Assembly: GCA_965112155.1 (NCBI GenBank)
Contig: OZ218103.1
Strand: one strand, 5' to 3'
DNA length: 64,000 nt
Source of the DNA: Podarcis liolepis
Lineage: Eukaryota
Position 1 is the stretch's first letter, and the number at the start of each line of letters is the position of its first letter. A model generated the notes under the pieces. The model was not told the origin of the DNA and ran no database searches. It saw only the letters and a program-made list of their open reading frames with translations. This document shows positions 22,392 through 34,080 of the stretch, piece after piece. A program made the translations under genes and the position numbers.

Positions 22392-24119
22392 TTCACATGT
22401 TGGCAATATCCTGCCCCAGTGAGCAGTTGAGCTGAGCTTTTATGCTCCTTGACCAGTCAGGAGCTCGTGCAGGAGGTTGCAAGATTGAATGCACCCTCTC
22501 ACCAAGCTCTGCATCAGGCAGGGAGGCGGCACTTGCCCCAGTCCTTGCAGCGCTTACCAACTGCCTCATCAAAAGACAGCAACCCAGGGGAGTAAGCAAA
22601 GTGCTCAGGAACTCGCTTCCTTCTCCAGGTTCCTGGTGCTGCAGTTTTTAATAGATTACAAAACAGATGAAATAAAGTTATTTCATTGACTGCCCTCATA
22701 TTGTTATGTACAGAACAACACTGAGGGTGTTTAAATTATAATAACAACAGCAACTTTGTACATTTGTGAAGTTAGCGTGTTATTAGATGCACAAAAATGG
22801 CACCTACGCAGCAGAATCATCTGCCATGGCTGGCCTTGGGCTAATCACTTGTCTCTTAGCTTCAGTGTTCCTTGACTGAAAAAATCAGGTGTTCTTTGTT
22901 TGCCTTCGACCCGTTTTCGGGATTGGTGTTAGAATTAGTAGTAGATTTGTACTTATACATGCAGGCTATCTCGTGGCTCATGGGGCTCAGCAGGCAGTTG
23001 ACTCCACTCTCCATGTACACTATTACTGTGCATCTGGCTGAAGTTAAGTGGACCTTAGGGTTTTGGTGAACAAGGAAGTTTAACCCACAAGCTTATAGTC
23101 TGCCTTTGTTGATTGGTGCATGAAACTGGCAGCATATTAGCAGAATATTTGCCTTATGGACAAGCTCTGCTGTCATTTGCAGAGCAGTTTGGAATCAGAG
23201 CTGCCACCTTTTTATGTCAAAAGTGCCATTCCCCTGGAACCTGGGGATGGTGGTGGATCAGATAGAACCAATACAGAATCTGGCAGACTGGGGGGTGATG
23301 CCAGAGTGAGACTTGGTGTTTTATTGCTGGGTGGGTCATGGTAGAATTTGGTCAACCATGAGTGGTTAATTACGTTGATTGCTGCTGAACTTGGCCTCTC
23401 CCTCTCTGCCCTTCGGCAGTGAGCAGACCTCCATTCTGGGGGGGTGGGGGAGTAAAGATTGCACCACCATGCAGCAGAACCAATTGCCACAGCTGGCTCT
23501 CCCTCCCTGCTCTTGGTCACTGAAGTCCTCCAGTCCTGGGGGGAAATGATTAAGAAGCTCACAGCTGGACAACAGACCATCAGTTGCCACTAATGGGAGG
23601 GGGAGGAATGAGATGGGATGGAGGTCAATGGTGGGGACACTCATGACCAGATGAAAATAGACTTTGAGTGGAGGATATGCCACCCGAGCAGTGGAATGTG
23701 TAAGAGTGGCTAGGAATGTGATTACCGGTACATTGCATCATTTTATGCAATGTGCTTAGTGGATCCTTCAGAATAATACTGCCATTCTGCCAAAGGCGCT
23801 TTACCATTTAAAACACCAAAACAAGGACAAGCGGCCTCAGGGCATTGGTGCCACTTCAGGAGCTGATGATGGCACTAGTTCCTTGGTTTGGGCTTCTTCC
23901 CTTCTGCTTTCCTCTCGGAGCACACAACTTTTTAGACAGATCCCTGTCTGTGTGGTGAGGATATGCCCTGGCTGGATCTTTTCAAGTGTGTGGCCTTTAG
24001 ACTGCTCCCGAGCTTGAGCTCTCTGAGCTGGGAAGTTCTTGATTCTTCAGACCCAAACTCTGGGCCCTTGATAATACTGCCTTGCCTATAAGCGTTGGAA
24101 CTCTTCTGATCTTCCAGGT

Positions 24120-25330
24120 GGCAGCACGTCCATCCACACCACAGGCTGCTCGCGATTGCGGACACTTTCCCGCAGTGCCCAAGCGGCTCGCCCGAGGCAT
24201 GCCGGGAAAAGCGCGCCTTTCACCGAAGCATCAGGTGTTGGTTGGCCCTGCCGGGGAGGGTCCGCGGAGCAGCAGCAGCGTCTAACCCCGCTCGGGCCCC
24301 CATGCCACCGCTCTGGGGCGCCGGGTGTGTGTGCGGGAGAGGCGGCTGGCTGCTCCCCCGCGACCCCCTCCCGCCGCCGGATCCCCGAAGGGCGGCGAAC
24401 CCAGCCCGTTGCCAGCCGAAGCCCCGCGCTTTCCCACTGACGCGCGTCGGCGAGTGACTCAAGCCTACGTCACGCGCGCCCGGCCAAAAGACGCTCTCCT
24501 TGCCTGGGGAAAGGCGAGCCGCGCCAAGGTGCTCTCGCCTCTACGACGACGACGCAGCCTGCTCCGTGGGCTCTCGACGGCGACGAGAGAGCCGCAGGAA
24601 GAGCGAGCCTTCGGGGAGGAGGAGGAGAAGCGGCAGCAGCAGCAGCAGCAGCGGAGCAACTGGGCGAAGAGCGGCCCGAGCGCAGCGCGGCCACCTGGGG
24701 AAGCCGAGGCGCGCGTCAGGTCAGGGCGCGCGGCTTTGCCTTCTTCCCATTGCCCAGCCGCCAGAGCACTTTCCCCGGCGAGTTGTCACAGGTCCGCCCG
24801 GCCCAGCGCAGCCGCCTTCCGTCCGGCGTCCCGCAGGAGTTCCTCGACGGCGCGCCGACGGGGCGGGCAGCCCACTGGTAAGGAAGGTAAGGAAGAGTGA
24901 GCCCTTTGGGGGCAGGTGCGGCGCCTCCTCGCGCCTTCTCCTTCGTCTTCCCTCTGTTTCTTCCCGGTACGCAGGTAGGATCTGCTTGTTTCCATTGCTT
25001 TACCAAAAGGACACGGGGGGAGAGAGAGGAAACTCCGGGTTGCTAGGCGAGGATCTCGCCTAGCAACTGGGGAGGAGGAAGGCAGGTGGACCAAGGGTGG
25101 AGAAAAGGGGAAAGGGAGCAAGGCGAGGAGGCGCGTCACCTGAAGCCTAAAAATAGCCAGCGATGCGGAACGGAAGGAGGCACGTTTGGGCGAGATAGAT
25201 GGGGGGGGGCGGGAGACGAGCAAATCGCCCTTTGCTGAAGCCCGGAGGGGTTGCCACGATCCCTTCCGAAGAGATGCTTGGAGAGCTGACATTTTAAGTA
25301 AGTATGGGGTGGGGAGCGGGTATATAGAGC
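24120..25330. promoter_or_regulatory. CpG island / SLC6A17 promoter
   Basis: Very high GC and CpG density compared with the CpG-depleted background; contains TGACG 24438, AP-1 TGACTCA 24455-24461, CRE half-site ACGTCA 24467-24472 and GC boxes. Confidence 0.85.
24480..24877 (+). other. SLC6A17: SLC6A17 putative non-coding exon 1 (5' UTR; start approximate)
   Basis: Lies within the CpG island and ends at donor CTG|GTAAGG (24878), with a second donor AAG|GTAAGG at 24887. The first coding exon has an acceptor upstream of its ATG, so an upstream UTR exon is needed. Confidence 0.6.
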
Positions 25331-26607
25331 GTCAGTGGCCATCCTGAAATCCACGCAGCCTGAAGTGTGACCTTGATTGTAACATTGGGAAAGGAAGCAG
25401 AAACCACTCCGTCCTCATGAATAATGAAACGCCAGCGCTTGAATCCTGGCTCACTTGGACCCACCTCTCTCTCGGGTAATTCATCACAGAAGTTAGGGGT
25501 ATAGAAGACGGGCCACAAGAAGCTGCATTCATGAGACTCCTAAGCTGTGGTTTAGGGTGGGGGAGAGGATGCTAGACGTTTGTCTTGTTTCTTTTTTAAA
25601 AAAAGCCTGGGCATTTGTGAAAATGTTGGCTGCATTGGGAAGCCAGTTCTGGATCTGCTTTTAGCCTTGGTGGGGGGAAAAAGATGCCATTGTATTTGAT
25701 ATAAATCCTATACATGGAATCTTCCTTTTAGTATGCTCTTTTTGAAATGATCAATAAACCCTTTTAAAATGCAATCCAAGTCATCAGCTATTGACGTACG
25801 TACTTGAATGGGGTTTGGAAGTGGAAAGTGACAGATCCAAATAGCCTTCCTATTAAGAAGCAGCTCTGACTGTAACATAACTGCCTAAAAAATAGATTGT
25901 GTTTATGGTGTTTGCTCCTGATTTGCATTTGCAATTGGAAGCATGTGTGCAAAGCTCCATTAACACTTTTGCTTAAACCAGAGTGAATCTGGAATCAAAT
26001 TCTTATCTCAGGAGCTATGTGCAAGTTGTGTGGGTATTTTAGTGCCCCAGAAGAAATGTTTAAATGGTGCCTACTGCACCATTTAATGGCACCATCCTCA
26101 GGCTGCTGGAGGATCATCCCCTATCCCACCTCACCTGGTCCTTTTGCTTGTCAGTCTCTGATAAGGCCTCCTTCACTACCATTCCAGGTCCTGCAGCTGG
26201 ATGAACAGACCCCTTATTGGACTATCTGGTTTCCATTTCCTCCAATATGCCCTGCACCCCATGCCTTGATGTGCCATGACTTCCTAACCATTTATGCTTC
26301 ATACCCAGCCTCAGTCCACTTTCCCACCTCTTCCCTCTGCTCATAGCATCAGGTCCTCCAACCTCTGTTCATTCCTTGTTGTGCATAAGCAGCAGAAGCT
26401 CATGTGCCAAGAATTCAGGATGTACCTTTCCTTTTCTGCTGCAGCAACAAAAGTGCTGTTCCATATTAGTATGTTCCTAGATCTCCACCACGACCACCTA
26501 ATTGTAAGGCTAGCATAGTCTTTACAAATGACATTGAATTACTATGCAGCATGCCACTATAACTTAATAATGAACTTAGAAAGCTTGATATTGTCTACAC
26601 TAACTAA

Positions 26608-26730
26608 TAGCAGCTCTCATGGGCTTCATACAAGGGTCTTTCCCAGGCCTATCTGGAGATGCAAGGGATTGGACCTGAGACTTTCTGTATGCAAAGCAGA
26701 TGCTCTGCCACTGAGCTATGGCCCTTCCCC
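26608..26730 (-). mobile_element. Squamate tRNA-derived SINE (partial)
   Basis: Reverse strand gggaagggccatagctcagtggcagagcatctgctttgcat...caggtccaatccc = tRNA A/B-box head. Confidence 0.75.
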
Positions 26731-27098
26731 TGGTTTTGGCCCTTCCTGTTTGTGGACATATGTTTCACAGATCCTAAGGTTAGATAAAACTGTCGGATAA
26801 TCCAGCAGGGTCTCTTCTGTTGCACAGCCCATATGGATCTTCCCAGCCTGTGACTTATTTTTAGCTGCAGAGAAGCATCCTTTTAGAAGGGCATCTCTAT
26901 CCATCTTGATGTTCTCAAGGGAATAATAAAGTTTCCATTTGCTTGTCTGTCTTCTAGAAAGATCATTCTCTGATGCTGAGAGTCAATAGGGACTCTCAGA
27001 CAGAATGTTGGGTCTAGGAGTTCAGGTTTCCATTCCTAGCTTAGCCTCTGCGTGGCCCTGGGTCTGCTCCCCATTTCTAATGTGACAAGAATAATAGT

Positions 27099-27213
27099 GT
27101 CATAGAATTGTAGAGTTGGGACGGACCACAAGGGTGCAAGAATATTTTTGCCCGGCATGGGGCTCAAACCCACATGAGATTAAGAGTCGTGCTGTACTGA
27201 CTAAACTACCCCA
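27099..27213 (-). mobile_element. tRNA-derived SINE with CR1-type tail (degenerate)
   Basis: tcatagaattgtagagttgggacggacc tail plus reverse tRNA head. Confidence 0.6.
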
Positions 27214-27234
27214 GCAGTGATGGAACTCGCAAGG

Positions 27235-27235
<1 letters not shown>

Positions 27236-27277
<42 letters not shown>

Positions 27278-27280
27278 CGC
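27236..27280. repeat. (TG)n(CG)n alternating purine-pyrimidine microsatellite
   Basis: ~17 TG units followed by (CG)5-6. Confidence 0.9.
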
Positions 27281-27694
27281 AGAAGGAGGATGAGAGATTT
27301 AAAATGAGTTTTAAAATGGCAAGGCACTTGGCGCAGCTAGAAGTGCCACATCCATTATTAATCATGGAGAATGCATTGCTGGTGGCCTCTGGGGGGGTCC
27401 TCCTGACATCATTCAGCAGTGCCATCTCTCCATCTGTCCCTCTCCTCTTGCCCTTCCTCAAGGGTGACCTTTTCTCTTTCAGCAGCTTTGGGCCTCACAC
27501 CTGCATCGCTCTGCTCCTCCTCTGTCTTCATGTCTCCCAGGGGAGTTAGCGAAGCCATTTTTTTTGGCCTCCTTTCTTTGTTATCACTACAGCAACCCTC
27601 CAAGATCAGAGACAGAGGGGAGTGGAATGTATATCAGAGCAAGGGGAGAAAGCGGGTATGTATTGGAAGTGAACCGTATTCCTGCGGGTACATA

Positions 27695-27795
27695 TTGGAA
27701 GTGAACCATAGTCCACGAAAGCTTGTGCCATTGTAAGTTTTGTTGACCTAATTTAAGGTGCCACAAGACTCTGTTGCTTTTGCTGCAAGACAGTA
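27695..27795 (+). mobile_element. Penelope-like element remnant
   Basis: gtccacgaaagcttgtgc...ttgttgacc..tttaaggtgccacaagactctgttgcttttgctgcaa resembles reptile Penelope terminal repeats. Confidence 0.55.
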
Positions 27796-28137
27796 AGATG
27801 ATGAATATAGTTTATGTTGGCAATGCTGTCTTTCATGAAGGTGCAGCCCCCAGTTTTAATCCTGAGTCCCCTGCTTCTGATTTCCATGGGAAGATTAGCC
27901 TTCTGTTTTTGTAGTAAAGAACCAATTTGCCCTCAGGCTCTAAATAGAAAAACTCCACCTTGTGAATGCATTCACATCATTAAGGGAGTCATATGATTAC
28001 TGGCTTTCACTGCCTTCAAATACAGGGTCATATTGTTATAACTTATATATGCTGCTATGATACCAAACAAGAAATGAACATGGCCTGTATTGGATGAATA
28101 GCCCCTTTTTACTCATTTTCTGGCCAATGATGGTGCA

Positions 28138-28140
<3 letters not shown>

Positions 28141-28168
<28 letters not shown>
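28141..28168. repeat. (TC)n microsatellite
   Basis: (TC)14. Confidence 0.9.
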
Positions 28169-28169
<1 letters not shown>

Positions 28170-30084
28170 TTTGAGATATGAAAACAAATGGAGACATCTA
28201 TGAAAGTATTGATGTGGGGACATGAAGAGTTGAAATGTGTTTTGTAATTGACTCCCTAGCTCTCCCTGATAGACTCCCAAATGCAATGCTGTGAAATAAG
28301 TCTTGCCTTGAGCCCCTCATAAGAGTGCTGTTGAGTAAGCTGTGACGTCTTTTATTACTAGTAATAAAATTATTAATAATAAAGGCCTACAAGTGGAATT
28401 CAACATGGCATTAATTGGGGTATCTGTGAGTGGGATGAGGTCTGCTTGGCAAGGGAACTCCCACATGCTCCTGTTTTGGGTACCCCGCCCCCATCCTCCA
28501 GAGCAAAGATTTAGGGAGCACAAAGGGAGGAGAGGCAGCTTAATTCTTGTTCAGTGAGTGGACTTCATTCTGCTTGTGCAGCAACACAGCTGAATCCTAC
28601 CTGATAGCACTTTTAAGATGCTAAAGGTGACCACAGACCAGCCAAGCAGCTCTTAGATGCAGCATAAGTGCTTCTCTGCTGCCAAGTGGAAAGAGGCTTG
28701 CTGTTGGGATGTCCCACACAGTGGGGGGAGGGCAGGGGGGGGAAGGGATCCTTGGGTGTCTCTGTGTTGAGGATGCACAGGATCCTAAGCACCCTCATTC
28801 ACGTAACATGGCCTTAAGAGGAGCCCTTTGCCAGCCTGTACACTGCCATGGTTAATTTCCTCCCACTGACGGCAATGGTGGTGGGAAATGGCAAAGAAAA
28901 GGGTAAGAAAAAGCAGTCTCCTGACCCCCACCCTTGCCTGACAGCAAGCTGTCGGGGTTTAAGAAGTGTTTTTAGCTCCACTGCAGAATCCTTCCCTCTC
29001 CCCAATAGGATTGTTCTGCCACCATGCAAAAACACTATTTCCCCACCCCCACCCCTGTATTCCAGCTCACAACAAACCTGTGCCATATGTTGTTATTATC
29101 CATGTTTTGCAGCGGAATAATTGGGCTGAGAGAGTGTGATGTGCCCAATACCCAGTGAATTCATGGCTCGGCAGGGATTTGATCTCAAGTCTCTAAGGTC
29201 CAAGATTCTGGGCATTGGCCCATTTTTAGCATCCGATAGCAGGTCTTTGGAAAGAAGATCCATTATATTGTTAACAATGTTTAGGGCAGTATAACCAACA
29301 GCAGCAACAAAATTCTTCGCGAATTTTGCTCAAATTCTTATTGAAAAATCACACCCCTGAATTGTCTGACTGATGTAAATTTTTAAAGCAGGCCAATTTG
29401 ATTATTGTTGCATGTTCTGTAGAATTGCTTCTGTTTTAGATTATTACTGGGGAAAACAGAACTAATCCAGGCATTAGAAATCCTGCTCAGCCCTCCTCCT
29501 GATATTTGATAGGGGAGTGCCACTCATCTACTTCCAAGCTTGTCTTCATAGCCTCTTGAGAGCTAGAAACTCTGTTTTCCCCATATGAAAGCTGTGGGGT
29601 TTTTTAGGGTGCTGAATTTTGTGCCCAGTGTTATTGTTGCACTTGAGAGATACAATCACACCATTGAAGGATATACTTAGCTCTGGCAATATCCATTCAG
29701 ACACAAGGCCATGTGGGATGAGTTTTGTGGGTGGTTTGTGTGCTAAAGGTCACCAGCATAAGGAACAATCCCCCTCCCCAAAGAAGCTGGAAAGTGTGAC
29801 TAGAGAACCTGTGCTAACATTGCACATATTAGCATACAAAGTGTGTCTCTTGTGATACCTCTCTGCTATCCATTGTAAGGCACCAGTGCGAGCTGAACAG
29901 TGGGCTTTGCTCTTAAGCAATTCTTACTCACTTCAGTGAGTGCTGCTTGCAGAGGAAATTTTCCCCTGTGAATTGTGCCTGAAATAAATGAAACAGGATA
30001 ACACAATTTATTTCTTCTCATTCCCTGGGTTAATTTCTATTATTCACATCCGTGCAGCATCAGTGTAAGAAATTAGGATCAGGG

Positions 30085-30255
30085 GGACTTTAGAAAGCTG
30101 ACTTATACCAAGTCAGACCATTGGTCCATTCTGTATTACAATAACAGTGGCTCTCCAGGGTTTCAGCCAGGGGACCCCCCCCCCCCGCCCCGTCCTGCCT
30201 GGAGATGCAGGGGATTGAACCTGGCACCTTTTGCATGCAAAGCAGATGCTCTCGT
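30085..30255 (-). mobile_element. Squamate tRNA-derived SINE
   Basis: aaagctgacttataccaagtcagaccattggtccat...ctggagatgcaggggattgaacctgg..ttttgcatgcaaagcagatgctct. Confidence 0.75.
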
Positions 30256-31002
30256 GGCTTGACCTCGCAAGAAACTGCACTAGGAAAACTCATTTTAAGG
30301 CTGGGAATGCCAACCACCACAATAGCACAATGCCTCTCATACAGAAGTGCCACTGCAAACTGACCCAGTTTGGAGCAGCACCTTTTTGCCAACATCATCA
30401 GATGCCATGCATGAGCATGGCAAACTATAGTATCCCCAGGTGTGTCTACTTTACTGAGCATGCAGAGGGTTGCTGTGCAAGGATAACATGCCATGGGAAA
30501 CTACTCTCTTCCAATCTCTGCTCTCACATGAATTTATTGAGTGGCCTTGGGCACCCCCACCCTCAATCTGCCTTAGTCATATGTTTTATGGTGATAACAC
30601 ACACTTACTGTACATAGCTGAATGTAGCCTTGGGGTTCCAACTGTGTCTGCTAAATTCTCAGCCCTCAGCTGCATGGTTTAAGGCTGCTGTCTTTGCAAC
30701 ATCAGAGCAGCTGAGTCGGAGACAGCCAGAGGACTGATGGCACATTACTTGCAAAGGCCCATGTGGACTTTTGAGCAGATCAGCCATTGTCATCATTAAG
30801 AGGGATGGCATGGCAGACAGCAGGATGAAGGAGGAGTTTGCAGGAACAGATGACATCAGAAGACAAAGAATATGTTTTATGGGATAATAACCATGTAGCT
30901 CATTATGCTACAGGCATATAGCTATATTGTAATAATATTCTTTTCATGACGTCTAACCTTGATGCAAGACTTGCTTCAAAATAGTTCAACTGATATTGGC
31001 AC

Positions 31003-31149
31003 AGAATGAGAGAATTGTAGAGTTGGAAGGGACCCTGTGAATAATCTAGTGAAACCCCATTGCAGGAATATGCAACTGTCCCATACGGGGATCAAACCTG
31101 CAACCTTGGTGTTATCAGCACCATGCTGTAACCAACCGAGCTTTCCAGG
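31003..31149 (-). mobile_element. tRNA-derived SINE with CR1-type tail (Squam2-like)
   Basis: Reverse complement closely matches the copy at 33229-33373. Confidence 0.8.
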
Positions 31150-31410
31150 CACAACCTTTTGGATCTGATGGTAGTAAAAGGTGTATTGGTGGTTGACTTC
31201 CCAAACCAAGCTGATGGTAAGAATGCAGGTCATTCTAATAAGCTTACTATGCTTATATTTTGATAATTGGGATCAGTGAAGCTTTCTGCTGGGCTACTGG
31301 CAAATATGAGGAGATGTATGGCAAAAAGAAAACAAAAGAAAGTCCATATTCTGATATGGCCTGCATGTGATATTGTCCCCAAAGAAGGAAATTATGACAC
31401 ATGGAGAAAG

Positions 31411-31431
31411 AATTCTGTCCTTGGTGCTGAA
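31411..31431 (-). promoter_or_regulatory. RE1/NRSE (REST binding site) in SLC6A17 intron 1
   Basis: Minus strand TTCAGCACCAAGGACAGAATT vs consensus TTCAGCACCACGGACAGCGCC (16 of the first 17 positions match). Confidence 0.75.
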
Positions 31432-31773
31432 CGTCTCATCTATTGCAGCATTAGTGTTGAAAAGATAAGCTGGTATCAAATGCAGCACTATGTAACTGTC
31501 CTGTCAGCACAAGGATTCTGTTTGTACAATGGGACTTTGCACAGTCTGTTCTAGGGGTTCCTCCAACCTCCTGAGCAAATTTGGGGTGTGTGTGGGGTGC
31601 ACACAGGTCTTCCCTTTGTGTCCAAGAAAAGTAAATAAGCTATCCACTGCACAAGTGGAAATTCTTGCGCTAATGGGATGGTTACTTAGCCCTGTGCTAG
31701 TTACAAATCTCATATTTTTAACACAGTCTCTCTATCTTATAATTTATAACTGTATGCTGAACTGGATGGAAGG

Positions 31774-31794
31774 ATCAACACCAAGGACAGCAGC
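31774..31794 (+). promoter_or_regulatory. Second RE1/NRSE-like site in SLC6A17 intron 1
   Basis: ATCAACACCAAGGACAGCAGC; shares the core CACCAAGGACAG with the first site. Confidence 0.6.
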
Positions 31795-33228
31795 TTCCTC
31801 CATGTGATCACAGGCCTTTCTTATTTACCAGCCTCCCCACCCCCCTTTACTCCAAGGCAGCCTTACCTTATAAAATCAAATATATTTACTTTGCCATTGC
31901 ATGAGGTGTGGAATAAGAAGAATCAGGTCTTCTTTCCGGGAGCAACCTCTCCCAGAGAGCTTGAAAAGCTGTTTCCCGTCAGACAGTGCCAGGCTAGATT
32001 CATCAGTGGTTTGCGTCAGTATAGCACAGCTTTGTCTGTTAAACAGCACACTTTCTGCAGGTTTATACATTGCTGAGAAAGTTATTCTTTGCTTGTGTGG
32101 GTACTATTGGAGAGTCCCAGTTCTCCCTAGTAATGTTTATGGAAACCAGCTCAGACAATAACTGTGAACTTGCAGAAGATCCAGTGTATTGCTTGTGGGT
32201 TTTAGAGAGCCTCACGAGGGGATAGGAATGCTTAACAGTGAGATATTTTAGACTGGTTTGCTTCTTCACCTCATTATTTCCTTCCTTTTGAGAACTCGCA
32301 GTTCAACCATCCGGTTCCTACTTCTATTAGAAATGCTATTTTAAGCTGCCTGTTGCTAAGATACACTGTCAGTTCTATGCACTTGCTGTTTCGGTAGTGT
32401 CTAAGAACAATGTATCCAATCAGTTTAATTAGTTTCCCCAAATTAAATATAATTTACAATAGGATTTAGTTTGGTAAAAACATGCCATTGTGTTCTCTCA
32501 CTGCATACAACAGTCACTTTAGGGATAAGTCACCTTCAGAAAGTGCGTCCTTTTTTGAGCGCCCTCAGATCTCATGTTTCATGGCAGGATCACCACAGCA
32601 TCAGGAGGAACCTTTTTCCTGGTACCTAGTAAACAGCTGAAACCTTCTTCAACCTAAGGCCCATGGGATGTGTTCAAAGATTCTCATTGATCCAACCTTT
32701 TCTGTTGTCTTTTTTCCATATTGGCTTAAATATGACATTCTTAGAACTTGGTGTACTACACTTCCTCATTGTATCCCTAGTGATAAGGAATACTTTCCAC
32801 CATAGAGCCTTGTGACTTTCCCCAAGTCACAGAACTACTGACCTGGTTAGGAACATTCATTTCTTTGAAGCACATGAAAGGAGAAGGCCAAGCCAAATGA
32901 ATCATTGTTCTTGCTATGAGTACAGGTCAATAGCTAGCCAGTTAGGTGAGGTGTCTGCAGTTTGATCCATATGAAGTTGTGTACCATTCTCAGATGAAGA
33001 GTAATTTCAGATTCTCTTGCTTATTGGGTTAGGAAGGATCTTGGTTGCTGGTAAAGAAAAAGAAACCTGTCTTAAATGATGCAATTAAATGTACTAAACC
33101 CTGCACATTGAAACACAGTGTTGTATAATAGGAAGAGTGTTGGGTGTAGAGCAGGGAGAGCTGGGTTCAAATCCCAACTCAGTCAGTGGTTTTACTGATG
33201 ACCTTGCACAAATCTGACCTTGCAACAT

Positions 33229-33373
33229 CCTGGATAGCTCAGTTGGTTGGAGTGTGGTGCGGATAATGCCAAGGTTGCAGGTTTGATCCCCGTGTGGGAC
33301 AGCTGCATATTCCTGCACTGCAGGGGGTTGGACTAGATGACCCTCAGGGTCCCTTCCAACTCTGATTCTATGA
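33229..33373 (+). mobile_element. tRNA-derived SINE with CR1-type tail (Squam2-like)
   Basis: cctggatagctcagttggtt (A box) ...ggtttgatcccc (B box)... gggggttggactagatgaccctcagggtcccttccaactctgattctatga. Confidence 0.85.
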
Positions 33374-33563
33374 AATACATGCACCATTTAAAATAAATAT
33401 AGCATGCCCTTTTTCTATGAAAATCTTGGTCTTACATACTCCACAGTGGTGTGATGAAGAACAGGAATAATCTCATGCACTGCACCTTGACCTTCTTGGA
33501 CAGAGTGCTGGAAACAAATGTGATAAATAAACAAACATTGTCCTAAACCTGGACTCTATAATG

Positions 33564-33680
33564 TGGGTTTCCTCACCTTGGTGCTTCCAGATGTTTTGGA
33601 TCACAACTCCTATCTTCCCTGACTATTAGCTCTGCTGGCTGTGGCTGAGAGGAGTTGAAGGCATAAGGTTGGGAAGGCTG
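33564..33680. mobile_element. Palindromic hAT MITE family copy with perfect 8-bp TSD
   Basis: TSD ctataatg at 33556-33563 and 33681-33688; internal ccagatgttttggatcacaactcc. Confidence 0.75.
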
Positions 33681-33846
33681 CTATAATGGATTGCTGGGAT
33701 GCAGCTACCAACATTCTGCTGTCTCATATTGTGTGTTCCAGTTTTTCTCCAGGGTGTTAGATCAAACTAGCAAATGGCCAAGGAAACTTCTGTTCCACTT
33801 GTTGCACAGAAATATTGCAGTTACAGGTAGCTATGGAAGATGACAC

Positions 33847-33872
33847 CACACACACACACACACACACACACA
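33847..33872. repeat. (CA)n microsatellite
   Basis: (CA)13. Confidence 0.9.
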
Positions 33873-34037
33873 GGGTTAGTAAGGGAATTATAGTGTCACA
33901 TATTCAATGAATTAGTGGGTTCTTTTTCATTCATGGATCTCAGACATTCACGACATATGTGGCATCTGGTGTGGAGTAAGTGCAGATGTGGGTGCAAAGG
34001 AACAATCAGAAGCTTGAACTGAACTCTGCTGATGTGT

Positions 34038-34080
34038 GCACGCCCAGCTCTAAGAGGGCACGCCCAGCTCTAAGAGGGCA
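34038..34080. repeat. Perfect 20-bp tandem duplication
   Basis: gcacgcccagctctaagagg x2 + gca. Confidence 0.9.

Noticed and set aside
24082-25354. Many long overlapping ORFs (e.g. 24325-24900, 24500-25063, 24786-25292)
   Set aside because: These are typical stop-poor, Arg/Ala/Pro-rich ORFs of a GC-rich CpG island, with no recognisable domains.
33229-33300. tRNA-like sequences with A/B boxes (also 26608, 30085, 31003, 53953)
   Set aside because: They are SINE heads followed by SINE bodies and tails, not tRNA genes.
34038-34080. Short direct repeats (also 27660-27710, 46541-46580, 62090-62220) that might suggest a CRISPR-like array
   Set aside because: Eukaryotic DNA; only two units or simple AT-rich slippage, with no repeat-spacer structure.
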